A program made the position numbers and the translations under genes. Shown here one piece after another: positions 33,718-45,130 of a stretch of 64,000 nt of DNA. The notes under the pieces were generated by a model. That model saw nothing but the letters and a program-made list of their open reading frames with translations, did not search any database and was not told the DNA's origin. Source of the DNA: an uncultured Acidobacteriota bacterium (GTDB lineage: Bacteria > Acidobacteriota > Thermoanaerobaculia > Multivoradales > UBA5704); NCBI GenBank assembly GCA_963700145.1, contig OY969474.1, positions 1,568,001-1,632,000 of the forward strand. Direction: 5' to 3'. How positions within the stretch are numbered: position 1 is the first letter of the stretch; each line of letters opens with the position of its first letter.

Positions 33718-34989
33718 CTAGAGCTGCTCGTTGAACTGGTAGCAGAAGGCGTCCGCCAGCCGGTGCCAGAAACTGCGCTTCAAGAAGTCGTCCGCGCGCA
33801 GCGGCTTGCACTTCAGGAGGTCGGCCTCGAAGACGGCCTTGAGCTCGGCGGCGATCCCCTCGTCGAGGATCCCCACCCCGGCCTCCTCGTTGATGTCGAA
33901 GGAGCGGTCGTCGAGGTTGGTGGAGCCGACGTGCGAGAAGAGGCCGTCGATGACGATCACCTTCTGGTGCGTCAGCGTCTCCTGGTGCTCCCACATCTTG
34001 ACGCCGTCGCGCAGCAGCTCCCCGTAGCGGAAGTGCCCGGCGTGGCGGACCAGGCGGCTGTCGATGTACGGCCCGGGGACCATCACCTTGACCTCGACGC
34101 CGCGGCGCGCCACCTTGGTCAGCAGGTCGCAGGCCGCGCGGTTGGGGATGAAGTAGGGGTTGGAGATGATCAGCTCGTGTTGCGCCGTCGCGATCGCCAC
34201 CTGGAACAGCAGCTCGAAGTCCGAGATCCCCCCTTTCGGCGAGCCGCTGACGACGTGCATCCGCAGGTCGCCCGCCCGCTCGAGGGCGGGGAAATACCTC
34301 GGGCCGATCAGGACCTGTCCGGTCTCTTCCACCCAGTGCTCGGAGAAGACCGACTGCACCATGTTGACCACCGGGCCGCGCAGGCGCACGCCGGTGTCGC
34401 GCCAGTGGTCCTTGTCCTGGCCGTTGCCGGTCCACTGCTGGGCGATGCCGTGGCCGAAGATGTAGCCGATGCGGCCGTCGAAAACCGCGAGCTTGCGGTG
34501 CGTGCGCTTGTTGAGCACCCCGAGGTGGTAGAGGCGGAGGCGGTTGAAGACCTCCACCCGGCAGCCGGCGCGCCGCATCTGCCGGCGCAGCCGCCGCTCC
34601 ATGGTGAAGGCGCCGAGGGCGTCGAGCATCACCCGCACCTCGACCCCCTCGCGCGCGCGCGCCGCGAGCGCCGCCGCCACCTCGTGGCAGATCTCCCCGC
34701 GCCACCAGACGTAGGTCTCGAGGTGGATCGACGTCTCGGCGGCGGCGATGTCGGCGAGGAGCGGCGGGAAGAAGCCGTCCCCGTTCTGCAGCAGCTCGAC
34801 CGCGTTCCCCGCGGTCATCGGCGCGCCGCTGAGTCCGACGAGCGAGCAGAGCCCGTCCTCGAGCCGGGTGAGATCCTGCGGGATGCGCACCTTGAAGCGG
34901 ACCTCGTGCAGGTTGTTGTAGAGCATCAGCCCGAGCGCGGCGAACGCCAGGACCATCAGCCCGAAGAGCCAGAGAGGGAGCTCGATCAC
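33718..34989 (-). CDS. Cardiolipin synthase-like phospholipase D
   Basis: GNAVELLQNG, two HKD motifs HRKLAVFDG and HQKVIVIDG, WRDT, NPYFIP, GSTNLDDRSF.INEE. Confidence 0.93.
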   Translation of the reverse strand: MIELPLWLFGLMVLAFAALGLMLYNNLHEVRFKVRIPQDLTRLEDGLCSLVGLSGAPMTAGNAVELLQNGDGFFPPLLADIAAAETSIHLETYVWWRGEICHEVAAALAARAREGVEVRVMLDALGAFTMERRLRRQMRRAGCRVEVFNRLRLYHLGVLNKRTHRKLAVFDGRIGYIFGHGIAQQWTGNGQDKDHWRDTGVRLRGPVVNMVQSVFSEHWVEETGQVLIGPRYFPALERAGDLRMHVVSGSPKGGISDFELLFQVAIATAQHELIISNPYFIPNRAACDLLTKVARRGVEVKVMVPGPYIDSRLVRHAGHFRYGELLRDGVKMWEHQETLTHQKVIVIDGLFSHVGSTNLDDRSFDINEEAGVGILDEGIAAELKAVFEADLLKCKPLRADDFLKRSFWHRLADAFCYQFNEQL

Positions 34990-35753
34990 CGGCGCAGGTC
35001 GACGACGACGGGGAAGTGGTCGGAGGGGCCGCCGCGGGGGATGCGCTCGCCGACGATGTGCCAGCCGGCGTCGGCGAAGACGTAGTCGAGGCGCTGGCGG
35101 GTCATGCGGTGGGTCGACTCCATGGCGTCGCCGCACATGCGGAAGAGGTCGGCGGCCATCAGGTGCCGCAGCTCCGGCGCCTCGGGCGGGGCGTTGAGGT
35201 CGCCGACCAGGACGAACGGCTCGCCGCAGCCGTGCAGCCGCTCGGCCACGTGCTGCACCTGGAGGTGGCGCGACGGCGAGGTCAGCCGCCCCCAGGCCGA
35301 GAGATGAGTGACGAAGAAGCGCAGCCGCTGACCGCGCAGCTCGACGTCGGTGTCGAGCAGGGTCCGCGGCTCGCCGCTGCCGGGGAGCTTCACCACCTCG
35401 GCGGAACGGATCGTGCCGCGGGTCAGGACGGCGTTGCCCACCTCCCAGCGCCGCCCGTCGCGCCCGGCGCCGGCGAGGCTCGCCTCGAAGTGGGAGGTCA
35501 TGCCGGTCAGGCGCGCCAGCTCCTCAATCTGATCGGCGAAGCGCGACATCCAGGTGCCGCGGTGGACCTCCTGCAGGCCGACGACGTCCGGCGCCTCGCG
35601 CTGGATCGCCTCCGCCACCCAGCGCAGGTAGGCGCCGGTCAGGACGTGGGCCTGCCCGAGGACGTTGTAGGACATCACCCGCAGGTCGAAGGGATCGGCC
35701 ACGCGTGGAGGCGCCTCAAGAAACGTACCAGCCCCCGCCGCCGGCGCCGTCAT
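34986..35753 (-). CDS. Endonuclease/exonuclease/phosphatase (EEP) family protein
   Basis: LRVMSYNV, PDVVGLQEV, GNAVL, THLS, GDLN, RLDYVF, SDHFPV. Confidence 0.93.
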   Translation of the reverse strand: MTAPAAGAGTFLEAPPRVADPFDLRVMSYNVLGQAHVLTGAYLRWVAEAIQREAPDVVGLQEVHRGTWMSRFADQIEELARLTGMTSHFEASLAGAGRDGRRWEVGNAVLTRGTIRSAEVVKLPGSGEPRTLLDTDVELRGQRLRFFVTHLSAWGRLTSPSRHLQVQHVAERLHGCGEPFVLVGDLNAPPEAPELRHLMAADLFRMCGDAMESTHRMTRQRLDYVFADAGWHIVGERIPRGGPSDHFPVVVDLRR

Positions 35754-36352
35754 CGCACCCCCCAGAGCTTGTGTTGCTGGAGAGAGAGCCGCCACGGCGG
35801 GTTCTCTCGGACCAGCCGGACGCACCAGTCGAGCGCCCGGCGGTCGAGGTCGGGGCCGTCGAACGCCGGCGAGATCAGGTAGTGGTCGGCCTCGACGACG
35901 GTCTCCGGCACCGCCTGGCCGTAGCCGCGGACGTACTTGACCTCGTCGGCGCGGCGCTGGCGGATGGCGTGCTCGGCGACCTTCGGGCTCACCGTCACCC
36001 AGTCGAGCCCCGGCGGCAGCGCGACGCTGCCGTTGGTCTCGATCGCGAGTTGGTAACCGGCCGCGTGCAGCGCCGCGATGAGCGGCGCATCCACCTGCAG
36101 CGCCGGCTCGCCGCCGGTCAGCACGATCCAGCGGCAGTCCGGGCTCGCCGCCCGCAGCTCGGCGAGGAGCTCCTCGGTCTCGAGCCACCGCCCCGACTCG
36201 AACTCGGTGTCGCAGTCGAAGCCGTGCGTCTCCTGCGCGCAGGCCTGGTTGCAGCGGGCGAAGCGGAGGAAGAGGTTCGCCGTGCCGGCGCGCATGCCTT
36301 CCCCCTGCAGGCTGTAGAAGATCTCGTTGACGAGATAGCGCCCCGCGGCCAC
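35750..36352 (-). CDS. queE: 7-carboxy-7-deazaguanine synthase
   Basis: EIFYSLQGEG, FLRFARC, CDTEF, LTGGEPALQ, IETNG, WVTVSPK, WRLSLQQHK. Confidence 0.9.
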   Translation of the reverse strand: MAAGRYLVNEIFYSLQGEGMRAGTANLFLRFARCNQACAQETHGFDCDTEFESGRWLETEELLAELRAASPDCRWIVLTGGEPALQVDAPLIAALHAAGYQLAIETNGSVALPPGLDWVTVSPKVAEHAIRQRRADEVKYVRGYGQAVPETVVEADHYLISPAFDGPDLDRRALDWCVRLVRENPPWRLSLQQHKLWGVR

Positions 36353-36379
36353 GCCCGCAACTCTATGCGTTTGTGGGTC

Positions 36380-36394
36380 TGGCATCGCCCTTGC
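36380..36394 (+). promoter_or_regulatory. Sigma-54 (-24/-12) promoter
   Basis: TGGCATCGCCCTTGC, GG-N10-GC, 35 bp before ATG 36429. Confidence 0.7.
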
Positions 36395-36428
36395 TGTTAT
36401 GGCCTGCCGCCGGAGGTCCTAACTCGTG

Positions 36429-37499
36429 ATGACCCGCTCGAACCTCCCCTCGGCCCTGGTCTTCCTGCTCCTTGCCACCGCACCCGCCGCAGCGCAGATG
36501 CCGCAACGGCTCAGCGGTGCCGAGGTCGCCTGCAACGCCAACCAGCTCACCGGGCTGCTCGCCCGTTCCTACATCCGCATGGCGAGCTCGACCTCGGAGA
36601 AGCCGGTGGTGCTGTCGTTCACCTACAGCACGGTGGAAGGGGGCCTCGCCGGCCTCGCCTACACCGAGCAGTTCGAGACCGACAGCGACCTGGCCGCCAC
36701 GCCGGAGCACCATCTCTGGTTCACCGGCAACCCGCACGAGCCGCGCCTGTTGCGCAACCCGAATAGGCCGCAGCTCGACGCCATGAGCTTCACCCGCAGC
36801 CGCCTCAACTCCGACCTCGTCACCCGCGCGCAGGCGGACGCCATGGCGGTGGTGCTCGATCCCACCGCCGATCCGGCGAAGAACACCAACCTGTCCGCGC
36901 TGCTGGCGATCGACAACATCGACGGCCCGCAGGGCGTGGCGACGGACGCCAAGCCGGGGCGCGGACTGGCCGGGCTGATCCAGGCCTGCCACATGAAGCT
37001 GGCGGCGTCCGACCTGCACGTGCTGTCGGTCCTCGCCAAGACCCTGCGCTCCTTCGCCTACAGCACCGACTCGAGCGACACCACGGCGTTCCTGCGCTCG
37101 AAGCTGGTGGCCATCTACCGCGGCGAAGACTCGGAGGACTGGGGCGGGGGCACGCGCACCGCCTACCGCATCGACATCTTCCCCATCGACGCCTCGGGCA
37201 GCGCCGGCCGCGCCGCCTTCGAGATGGTGGTGGAGATCGAAGCCGACGGCACCCTCGGCGACGCGACGCTGGCGGCGCTCCCCGCCTGCACGACGGCGGG
37301 CCAGCGCGACTGCACCACCACCAAGGCGGAGGTGCAGGCGGCGATCATCCGCCCGGTCCACGCCGGCGAGTTCTGGTCGATCTCGGGGCTGCCGCTGGTC
37401 TGCGCCAACGCGGCGAAGGGGAGCTCCTGCAAGCAGCAGGTGAGCTTCTCGTTCGGCGAGCGGCTGGCCGGCACGAGCTGGCTGCGGCCGATCGACTGA
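36429..37499 (+). CDS. Secreted hypothetical protein
   Basis: GGAGG RBS, signal peptide ending AAA-Q, host-like codon usage, six Cys; no family recognised. Confidence 0.75.
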   Translation: MTRSNLPSALVFLLLATAPAAAQMPQRLSGAEVACNANQLTGLLARSYIRMASSTSEKPVVLSFTYSTVEGGLAGLAYTEQFETDSDLAATPEHHLWFTGNPHEPRLLRNPNRPQLDAMSFTRSRLNSDLVTRAQADAMAVVLDPTADPAKNTNLSALLAIDNIDGPQGVATDAKPGRGLAGLIQACHMKLAASDLHVLSVLAKTLRSFAYSTDSSDTTAFLRSKLVAIYRGEDSEDWGGGTRTAYRIDIFPIDASGSAGRAAFEMVVEIEADGTLGDATLAALPACTTAGQRDCTTTKAEVQAAIIRPVHAGEFWSISGLPLVCANAAKGSSCKQQVSFSFGERLAGTSWLRPID

Positions 37500-37556
37500 G
37501 CCGCGGGCGCGACTTACAATCGCCTCCTCTCTCGCGGAGAGGGAGGTGAGGGCGCG

Positions 37557-39515
37557 GTGGACGAGCACAAGGTCGAGGAGCTGCTGGACGGCGCGTTGCG
37601 CGGATTGCGCGCGGCGGTGCTCGTGGCCGACGCCGGCGGCGCCGTCATTTACGCCAGCCCCGAGGCCGAGCGCCTAACCCAGGCCCCCTGGGAGCCGGCC
37701 GGCAGCCGGCCCCTCGCCGAGGTCCTGGCCCTGCACGCCGAAGCCGGCGGCGAGCCCGTGCCTCTGCCCGGTCCCGGCGACCCGGCGCGCGACCTCGGCG
37801 AGGCGATCGTGCGCGGGCGGCAGGGGCAGGAGACGCCGGTCCACGGCAGCGTCTCGCCGCTGGCGGACGGCGGCCTGGTCGTCCTCCTCCACGACGACTC
37901 CGAAGGCCGGCGCCGCCTCCGCGCCCTGGGCGCCAGCGAAGAGCGCTACCACTCCTTCTTCGAGCTCTCCTCGGCCGGCTGCTGGCGCTTCGAGCTCGAG
38001 CGCCCCTGCCCCACCGACCTTCCCGAGGACGAGCAGATCGACCACTTCTACCGCCACGGCTACCTCGCCGAGTGCAACGAGGAGATGGCGCGGATGTACG
38101 GCTTCGCGGCGCCGGCCGAGATCGTCGGCGCGCGATTGGGCGACTTCCTGCCGCGCGCCGATTCCCACAACGTCGACTACCTCCTCGCCTTCGTCCGCTC
38201 CGGCTACCGCCTGCAGGGCGCCGAGTCGCACGAGGTGGACCGGGAGGGGAACCCCAAGTTCTTCGTCAACCACCTCGTCGGGGTGCTCGAGGACGGCCTC
38301 CTCCGCCGCGCCTGGGGGAGCCAGCACGACGTCAGCGAGCGCAAGCGCCTGGAGGAGGAGCTGCGGCGGCAGGCCGCCGAGCTCGCCGAGGCCGACCGCC
38401 GGAAGGACCGGTTCCTCGCTCTGCTGGCCCACGAGCTGCGCAACCCGCTCGCCCCGATCCGCAACGCCGTCGAGGCCCTGCGCCTGGACTCCTCCTCGCT
38501 GGAGTGGTCGCGCTCGGTCGTCGAGCGCCAGGTGCGCCACCTCTCGCACCTGGTCGAGGACCTGCTCGACGTCTCGCGCATCACGCTGGGGGAGATCCGG
38601 CTGCGGCGCGAGCGGGTGCTGCTGCACGACATCGTCGGCCATGCCGTCGAGGCCGCCCGCCCGCTGATCGAGGAGCGCGGCCACATCCTCACCGTGGCTC
38701 TGCCCTCCGACCCGATCGAGCTGCGCGGCGACACGGCGCGGCTCGAGCAGGTGCTCGTCAACCTCCTCAACAACGCCGCCAAGTACACGCCCCCTGAGGG
38801 CCGCATCGACCTCTCCGCGGAGCTGGAGGACGGGCGGGTGGCGGTGCGGGTCAAGGACAACGGCATCGGCTTCTCTGGCGAGCTGCGGGAGGGGCTCTTC
38901 CAGCCCTTCGTGCACGCCGAGGCCTCGGCCGACCGCGCCGACGGCGGCCTGGGCCTCGGGCTGGCGCTCGCCCGGCGCCTGGTGGAGCTCCACGGCGGCA
39001 CGATCGCCGCCGCCAGCGAAGGGCCGGGGATGGGGAGCGAGTTCACGGTGACCCTGCCGGGGGCCGAGGCGAGCGTCGAGCCGGAGGTCCCGCCGCCGCC
39101 GCAGACGACGGTCGCCGGCCGGCCGGTGCGCGGCCTGCGCATCCTGGTGGTGGACGACAACCGCGACGCCGCCGAGAGCCTCGGCGTGCTCCTGTGCATG
39201 TGGGGGCACGAGACGCTCCTGGCCTACGACGGCCCGGCGGCGCTCGAAGAGGTGCGGCGGGCGCGGCCGGAGGTCGTGCTCCTCGACATCGGCCTGCCGG
39301 AAATGGACGGCTACGAGGTGGCGCGGCGGCTGCGGCGCCTCAAGGAGGGGCGCGACCTCCTGCTCGTCGCCGTCACCGGCTACGGCCAGCGCGAGGACCG
39401 CCGCCTCTCCCAGGAGGCCGGCTTCGACGACCACCTGGTCAAGCCCGTCGAGCCCACCTTCCTCCGCCACCTCCTCGCCAGCTACGGGGCGCGGGACGTC
39501 CCGCCCGGCGCCTAG
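37557..39515 (+). CDS. PAS-domain hybrid histidine kinase/response regulator
   Basis: PAS segments; [16 protein letters not shown]; [21 protein letters not shown]; receiver ILVVDDN...[13 protein letters not shown]...HLVKP. Confidence 0.95.
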   Translation: MDEHKVEELLDGALRGLRAAVLVADAGGAVIYASPEAERLTQAPWEPAGSRPLAEVLALHAEAGGEPVPLPGPGDPARDLGEAIVRGRQGQETPVHGSVSPLADGGLVVLLHDDSEGRRRLRALGASEERYHSFFELSSAGCWRFELERPCPTDLPEDEQIDHFYRHGYLAECNEEMARMYGFAAPAEIVGARLGDFLPRADSHNVDYLLAFVRSGYRLQGAESHEVDREGNPKFFVNHLVGVLEDGLLRRAWGSQHDVSERKRLEEELRRQAAELAEADRRKDRFLALLAHELRNPLAPIRNAVEALRLDSSSLEWSRSVVERQVRHLSHLVEDLLDVSRITLGEIRLRRERVLLHDIVGHAVEAARPLIEERGHILTVALPSDPIELRGDTARLEQVLVNLLNNAAKYTPPEGRIDLSAELEDGRVAVRVKDNGIGFSGELREGLFQPFVHAEASADRADGGLGLGLALARRLVELHGGTIAAASEGPGMGSEFTVTLPGAEASVEPEVPPPPQTTVAGRPVRGLRILVVDDNRDAAESLGVLLCMWGHETLLAYDGPAALEEVRRARPEVVLLDIGLPEMDGYEVARRLRRLKEGRDLLLVAVTGYGQREDRRLSQEAGFDDHLVKPVEPTFLRHLLASYGARDVPPGA

Positions 39516-39517
39516 CG

Positions 39518-41470
<1,953 letters not shown>

Positions 41471-41476
41471 CCTCGC

Positions 41477-41505
41477 ATCGTAGCCCTCGCGCCGGGGGCC
41501 GTCAA
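41477..41505 (-). promoter_or_regulatory. Sigma-70 promoter of TPP riboswitch/thiC
   Basis: TTGACG-17 nt-TACGAT ending about 7 nt before the riboswitch. Confidence 0.75.
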
Positions 41506-41514
41506 ACGCGCGCG

Positions 41515-41717
41515 CGAATGGCGCAGGTAGACGCGCGAATAGGACCGGTACAGCGGCGAATGGGACCGGTACGGCGACGATGGGACAGGTGCGGCGGCGA
41601 TTGGGCTGGGTACGGCGGGGAATGGGCCAAGTGCGCGGGTGAATGGGCTGGTAGGGCGGCGAATGGGCCAGGTATGCGGCGTAACCGCTCCATTCGTCCG
41701 CGGACCTGTCCCATTCG
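41515..41717. repeat. 21-bp-period array C (8 forward CGAATGGGACAGGT-type units, then 2 inverted units)
   Basis: CGAATG-type heads at 41515, 41536, 41557, 41578, 41598, 41619, 41640, 41660; inverted CCATTCG at 41690 and 41711. Confidence 0.85.
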
Positions 41718-41880
41718 TCCGAAAAATCCACCTATCCGCCAGCCACCCAGGGGATTCGCTCCGCGAAGCCTTCCATTCGCCGTCCGCAAGCAGCGGATCG
41801 CCAGCCCGAGAGGCTTACCCGCCCGCCAAGAGGCTGCATCGCAAGCCAAGGACGGTGGCCGCGACGGTAGACTCCACCTG

Positions 41881-44016
41881 ATGCGTCTTCGCGTCGCTCT
41901 TCTCGCCGTCTTCGCACTCCGCCTCGCCGGCGCCGCCCCAGCCTTTGCCCTCGAAGGCAAGTGGCTCCCGCAGCAGATCCTCGACCTCGATCCTCAGTGG
42001 CTGCGCCAGCAGGGCCTGGCGCTGCCGCCGGAGGCGCTCTGGAGCCGCGAGGGAGGCGGGCTCCTGGAGGCGGCGATCCGGGTCAGCGGCTGCTCGGCGG
42101 GGTTCGTCTCGGCCGAGGGGCTGGTCCTCACCAACCACCACTGCGCCTTCTCCATCCTCCAGCAGCACTCGACGCCCGAGCGCGACCTCATCACGCATGG
42201 CTTCCTCGCCGCGGCGCGGGCCGAGGAGCTCCCCGGCCCCGCCGTCCGCGCCACGATCCCGCACGCGACGCGCGACGTGACCGCCGAGGTCGAGCAGTCC
42301 GTGCCGCGCGGCGCCGACGACCTCGCCCGCTTCCGCGCCATCGACCGCAAGTCGAAGGAGCTGGTAGCGGCGTGCGAGAAGCAGCCGTCCCGGCGCTGCG
42401 AGGTCGCGGCCTTCGACGGCGGCGTCCGCTACCTCCTGGTCGAGAGCCTCGAGTACCCGGATGTGCGGCTGGTCTACGCGCCGCCGCGGGCGGTCGGCGA
42501 GTACGGCGGCGAGATCGACAACTGGAGCTGGCCGCGCCACACCGGCGACTTCGCCCTGCTGCGCGTCTGGGCCACCGCCGACGCGCAGCCCGCCCCCTCC
42601 GGCCAGGGTGCCGCGCCGTACCGGCCGCGCCATCACTTCCCCGTCGCCCCCGGCGGCGCCGAGCCGGGCGCCTTCGTGCTCGTCGCCGGCTACCCCAGCA
42701 TCACCTACCGCGCGCTGACCGAGGCCGAGATGCGCGAGCGCGGCGAGCGCTTCTTCCCCGCCCGCGCGGCGCTCTACCGCGCCTGGATGGACGTCATGGA
42801 GGCCGCCTCGGCGCGAGACGAAGGGGCGCGCATCGCGCTCGCCGACCGGCTCAAGACCCTCGCCAACCGGGAAAAGAACGCCCGCGGCCAGGTGGCGGGA
42901 CTCCAGCGCGGGCGGATCCTCGAGAAGAAGGCCGCCGCCGAGCGCGAGGTCGAGGCCTGGGCGGCGGCGCGCCCGGAGTGGCGTCCGGCGGTGGGGGCGC
43001 GGAACGAGCTGACCGGCCTCGTCGAGCGGAAGCTCGCCGCCTGGGAGCGCGACTTCCTCCTCGAGCAGGGGCGCAACGGTCCCAAGCCGCTCGACCTGGC
43101 ACTGACGCTCGTCCGCTGGGCGCGCGAGAAGGCGAAGCCCGACCTCGAGCGGCAGGTCGATTACATGGAGCGCAACCGCGCCCGGCTGGAGGAGCGGCTG
43201 CGGCTCGACCAGAAGCGGATGCACGCGCCGACCGAGGAAGCGCTCCTGGCCGACGTCCTCGCCCGCTTCGCGGCGCTCCCCGCCGGGCAGCGCATCGAGG
43301 GGATCGCGCCCTTCCTCGGCCAGGCGGCCGACCTCCTCGCCCGCACGCGGGTGACCGACCTCGACACACGGATGGCGATGTTCGGCGAAAGCTCCGCGCA
43401 GCTCCGCGCCCGCCGCGACCCGCTCCTCGACCTCGCCTTCGCCCTCGACCGCGAGCTCGCCGGCGTCGAGGAGCGGGACGAACGCTTCAAGGGAGCGGTG
43501 GCGCGCCTCCGCCCGCTCTGGCGCCGGGCGGTCGAGGCGCACGCCGGCCGGCCGGTCGCCCCGGACGCCAACTCGACGCTCCGGGTCTCGCTCGGGCACG
43601 TCCAGGGGTACCGCCCGCGCGACGGCCTCCTGATGGAGCCGCAGACGCGGGTGGCCGGCGTCGCCGAGAAGCACACCGGCGCCGAGCCCTTCGACGCCCC
43701 CTCGGCGCTCCGCGCCGCCGCCCCGGCCGCGCCGCAGAGCCGCTGGGCCTCGGGGGCGCTGGGCGACGTGCCGGTCTGCTTCCTCGCCGACGGCGACACC
43801 ACGAGCGGCAGCTCAGGCAGCCCGGTCCTCAACGGCCGCGGCGAGCTGGTCGGCGTCAACTTCGACCGCGTCTGGGAGAACGTGGCCAACGACTTCGGCT
43901 GGAGCCAGGACGTCGGCCGGATCATCGCCGTCGACGTCCGCTATCTCCTCTGGGCGCTGGAGGCCCTCCACGGCCCGCAGGCGACCCCGCTGCTGCAAGA
44001 GCTGGGGGTGCGCTAG
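41881..44016 (+). CDS. S46 family dipeptidyl peptidase
   Basis: Signal peptide then EGKWLP; GCSAGFVS.EGLVLTNHHC, DNWSWPRHTGDF, PDANSTLR, DTTSGSSGSPVLNG.GELVG.NFD. Confidence 0.96.
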   Translation: MRLRVALLAVFALRLAGAAPAFALEGKWLPQQILDLDPQWLRQQGLALPPEALWSREGGGLLEAAIRVSGCSAGFVSAEGLVLTNHHCAFSILQQHSTPERDLITHGFLAAARAEELPGPAVRATIPHATRDVTAEVEQSVPRGADDLARFRAIDRKSKELVAACEKQPSRRCEVAAFDGGVRYLLVESLEYPDVRLVYAPPRAVGEYGGEIDNWSWPRHTGDFALLRVWATADAQPAPSGQGAAPYRPRHHFPVAPGGAEPGAFVLVAGYPSITYRALTEAEMRERGERFFPARAALYRAWMDVMEAASARDEGARIALADRLKTLANREKNARGQVAGLQRGRILEKKAAAEREVEAWAAARPEWRPAVGARNELTGLVERKLAAWERDFLLEQGRNGPKPLDLALTLVRWAREKAKPDLERQVDYMERNRARLEERLRLDQKRMHAPTEEALLADVLARFAALPAGQRIEGIAPFLGQAADLLARTRVTDLDTRMAMFGESSAQLRARRDPLLDLAFALDRELAGVEERDERFKGAVARLRPLWRRAVEAHAGRPVAPDANSTLRVSLGHVQGYRPRDGLLMEPQTRVAGVAEKHTGAEPFDAPSALRAAAPAAPQSRWASGALGDVPVCFLADGDTTSGSSGSPVLNGRGELVGVNFDRVWENVANDFGWSQDVGRIIAVDVRYLLWALEALHGPQATPLLQELGVR

Positions 44017-44046
44017 GATTCCGGCGGCGAGACCAAGGAGGGAAAC

Positions 44047-45066
44047 ATGCGGCCACATCAGGTGAGACACGGCGTCATCGGAAGCTGGCTGTGCCTCCTC
44101 ATGTTCTGCGCGACCCTGGCCAGCGCCGCGCCGGGCTATCAATACTTCGTCACGGGCAACCCCGCCGACGTCGTCACCCCCACGAGCGGGCTCCTGGTGC
44201 TGCAGGGCGGCGGCACCGACGTGGACGAGAACTTCGTGCGCATGGGAGCTGGCTCCGGGGGCGGCGACTTCGTGGTGATCCGCGCCTCGGGCACCGATGC
44301 CTACAACCCCTACATCTACGACCTGTGCTCGTGCGACTCCGTGGCCACCATCATCTTCAAGAACCGGAACGCGGCGTTCAACCAGTTCGTCATCGACACC
44401 ATACGCAACGCCGAGGCGCTGTTCATCGCCGGCGGAGACCAGTCCGAGTACGTGAAACTCTGGAAGAACACACCGGTGGAGGACGCTATCCACCACGTCG
44501 CGAACAAGCCGGCGCCGGTCGGCGGCACCAGCGCCGGAATGGCCATCATGAGCGAGTTCGTGTACTCGGCGATGAGCAATAGCAGCCTGACATCGGCGGA
44601 GGCCCTCGCCGACCCGTTCCATCGCGATTTGACGCTGGACCGGGACTTCCTGGCCCTGGCCGGCGGGATGAACGGCAAGATCACGGACCAGCACCTCCAG
44701 GAGCGCGACCGCATGGGCCGGACCATCGCTTTTCTCGCGCGGCTGGTCCGGGACGGGTGGACCACCGAGGGTCTCGCCATCGCGGCCGACCGCGAGACGG
44801 CGCTGCACGTCGACCCGGCCGACGGGAGCGCCGAGGTTCTGAGCACGCCCACCCACCCGACGCCGTACGTGTACTTCCTCCGCACCCCCGGCCCGCCAGA
44901 GGTGTGCCAGCCGGGGACTCCCCTCACCTACCGCAACATCTCCGTCTACCGGATCGGACCCGGAGGAAGCTTCGACCTCGACACGTGGAGCGGCACGGGC
45001 GGCATCGCGTACACGCTCACCGTCGAGGCGGGCACGCTCACCTCTTCACGCGGCGCGATCTACTAG
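44047..45066 (+). CDS. Secreted cyanophycinase-like S51 peptidase
   Basis: Signal peptide; LQGGG, ALFIAGGDQ, GGTSAG nucleophile, TDQH..ERDRMGR. Confidence 0.88.
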   Translation: MRPHQVRHGVIGSWLCLLMFCATLASAAPGYQYFVTGNPADVVTPTSGLLVLQGGGTDVDENFVRMGAGSGGGDFVVIRASGTDAYNPYIYDLCSCDSVATIIFKNRNAAFNQFVIDTIRNAEALFIAGGDQSEYVKLWKNTPVEDAIHHVANKPAPVGGTSAGMAIMSEFVYSAMSNSSLTSAEALADPFHRDLTLDRDFLALAGGMNGKITDQHLQERDRMGRTIAFLARLVRDGWTTEGLAIAADRETALHVDPADGSAEVLSTPTHPTPYVYFLRTPGPPEVCQPGTPLTYRNISVYRIGPGGSFDLDTWSGTGGIAYTLTVEAGTLTSSRGAIY

Positions 45067-45130
45067 CGAAACGAGGCCGTTTCGCTCGACGCCGGGGGGT
45101 CACGAGCATCGGTACGGACCGGAGGCTCTA

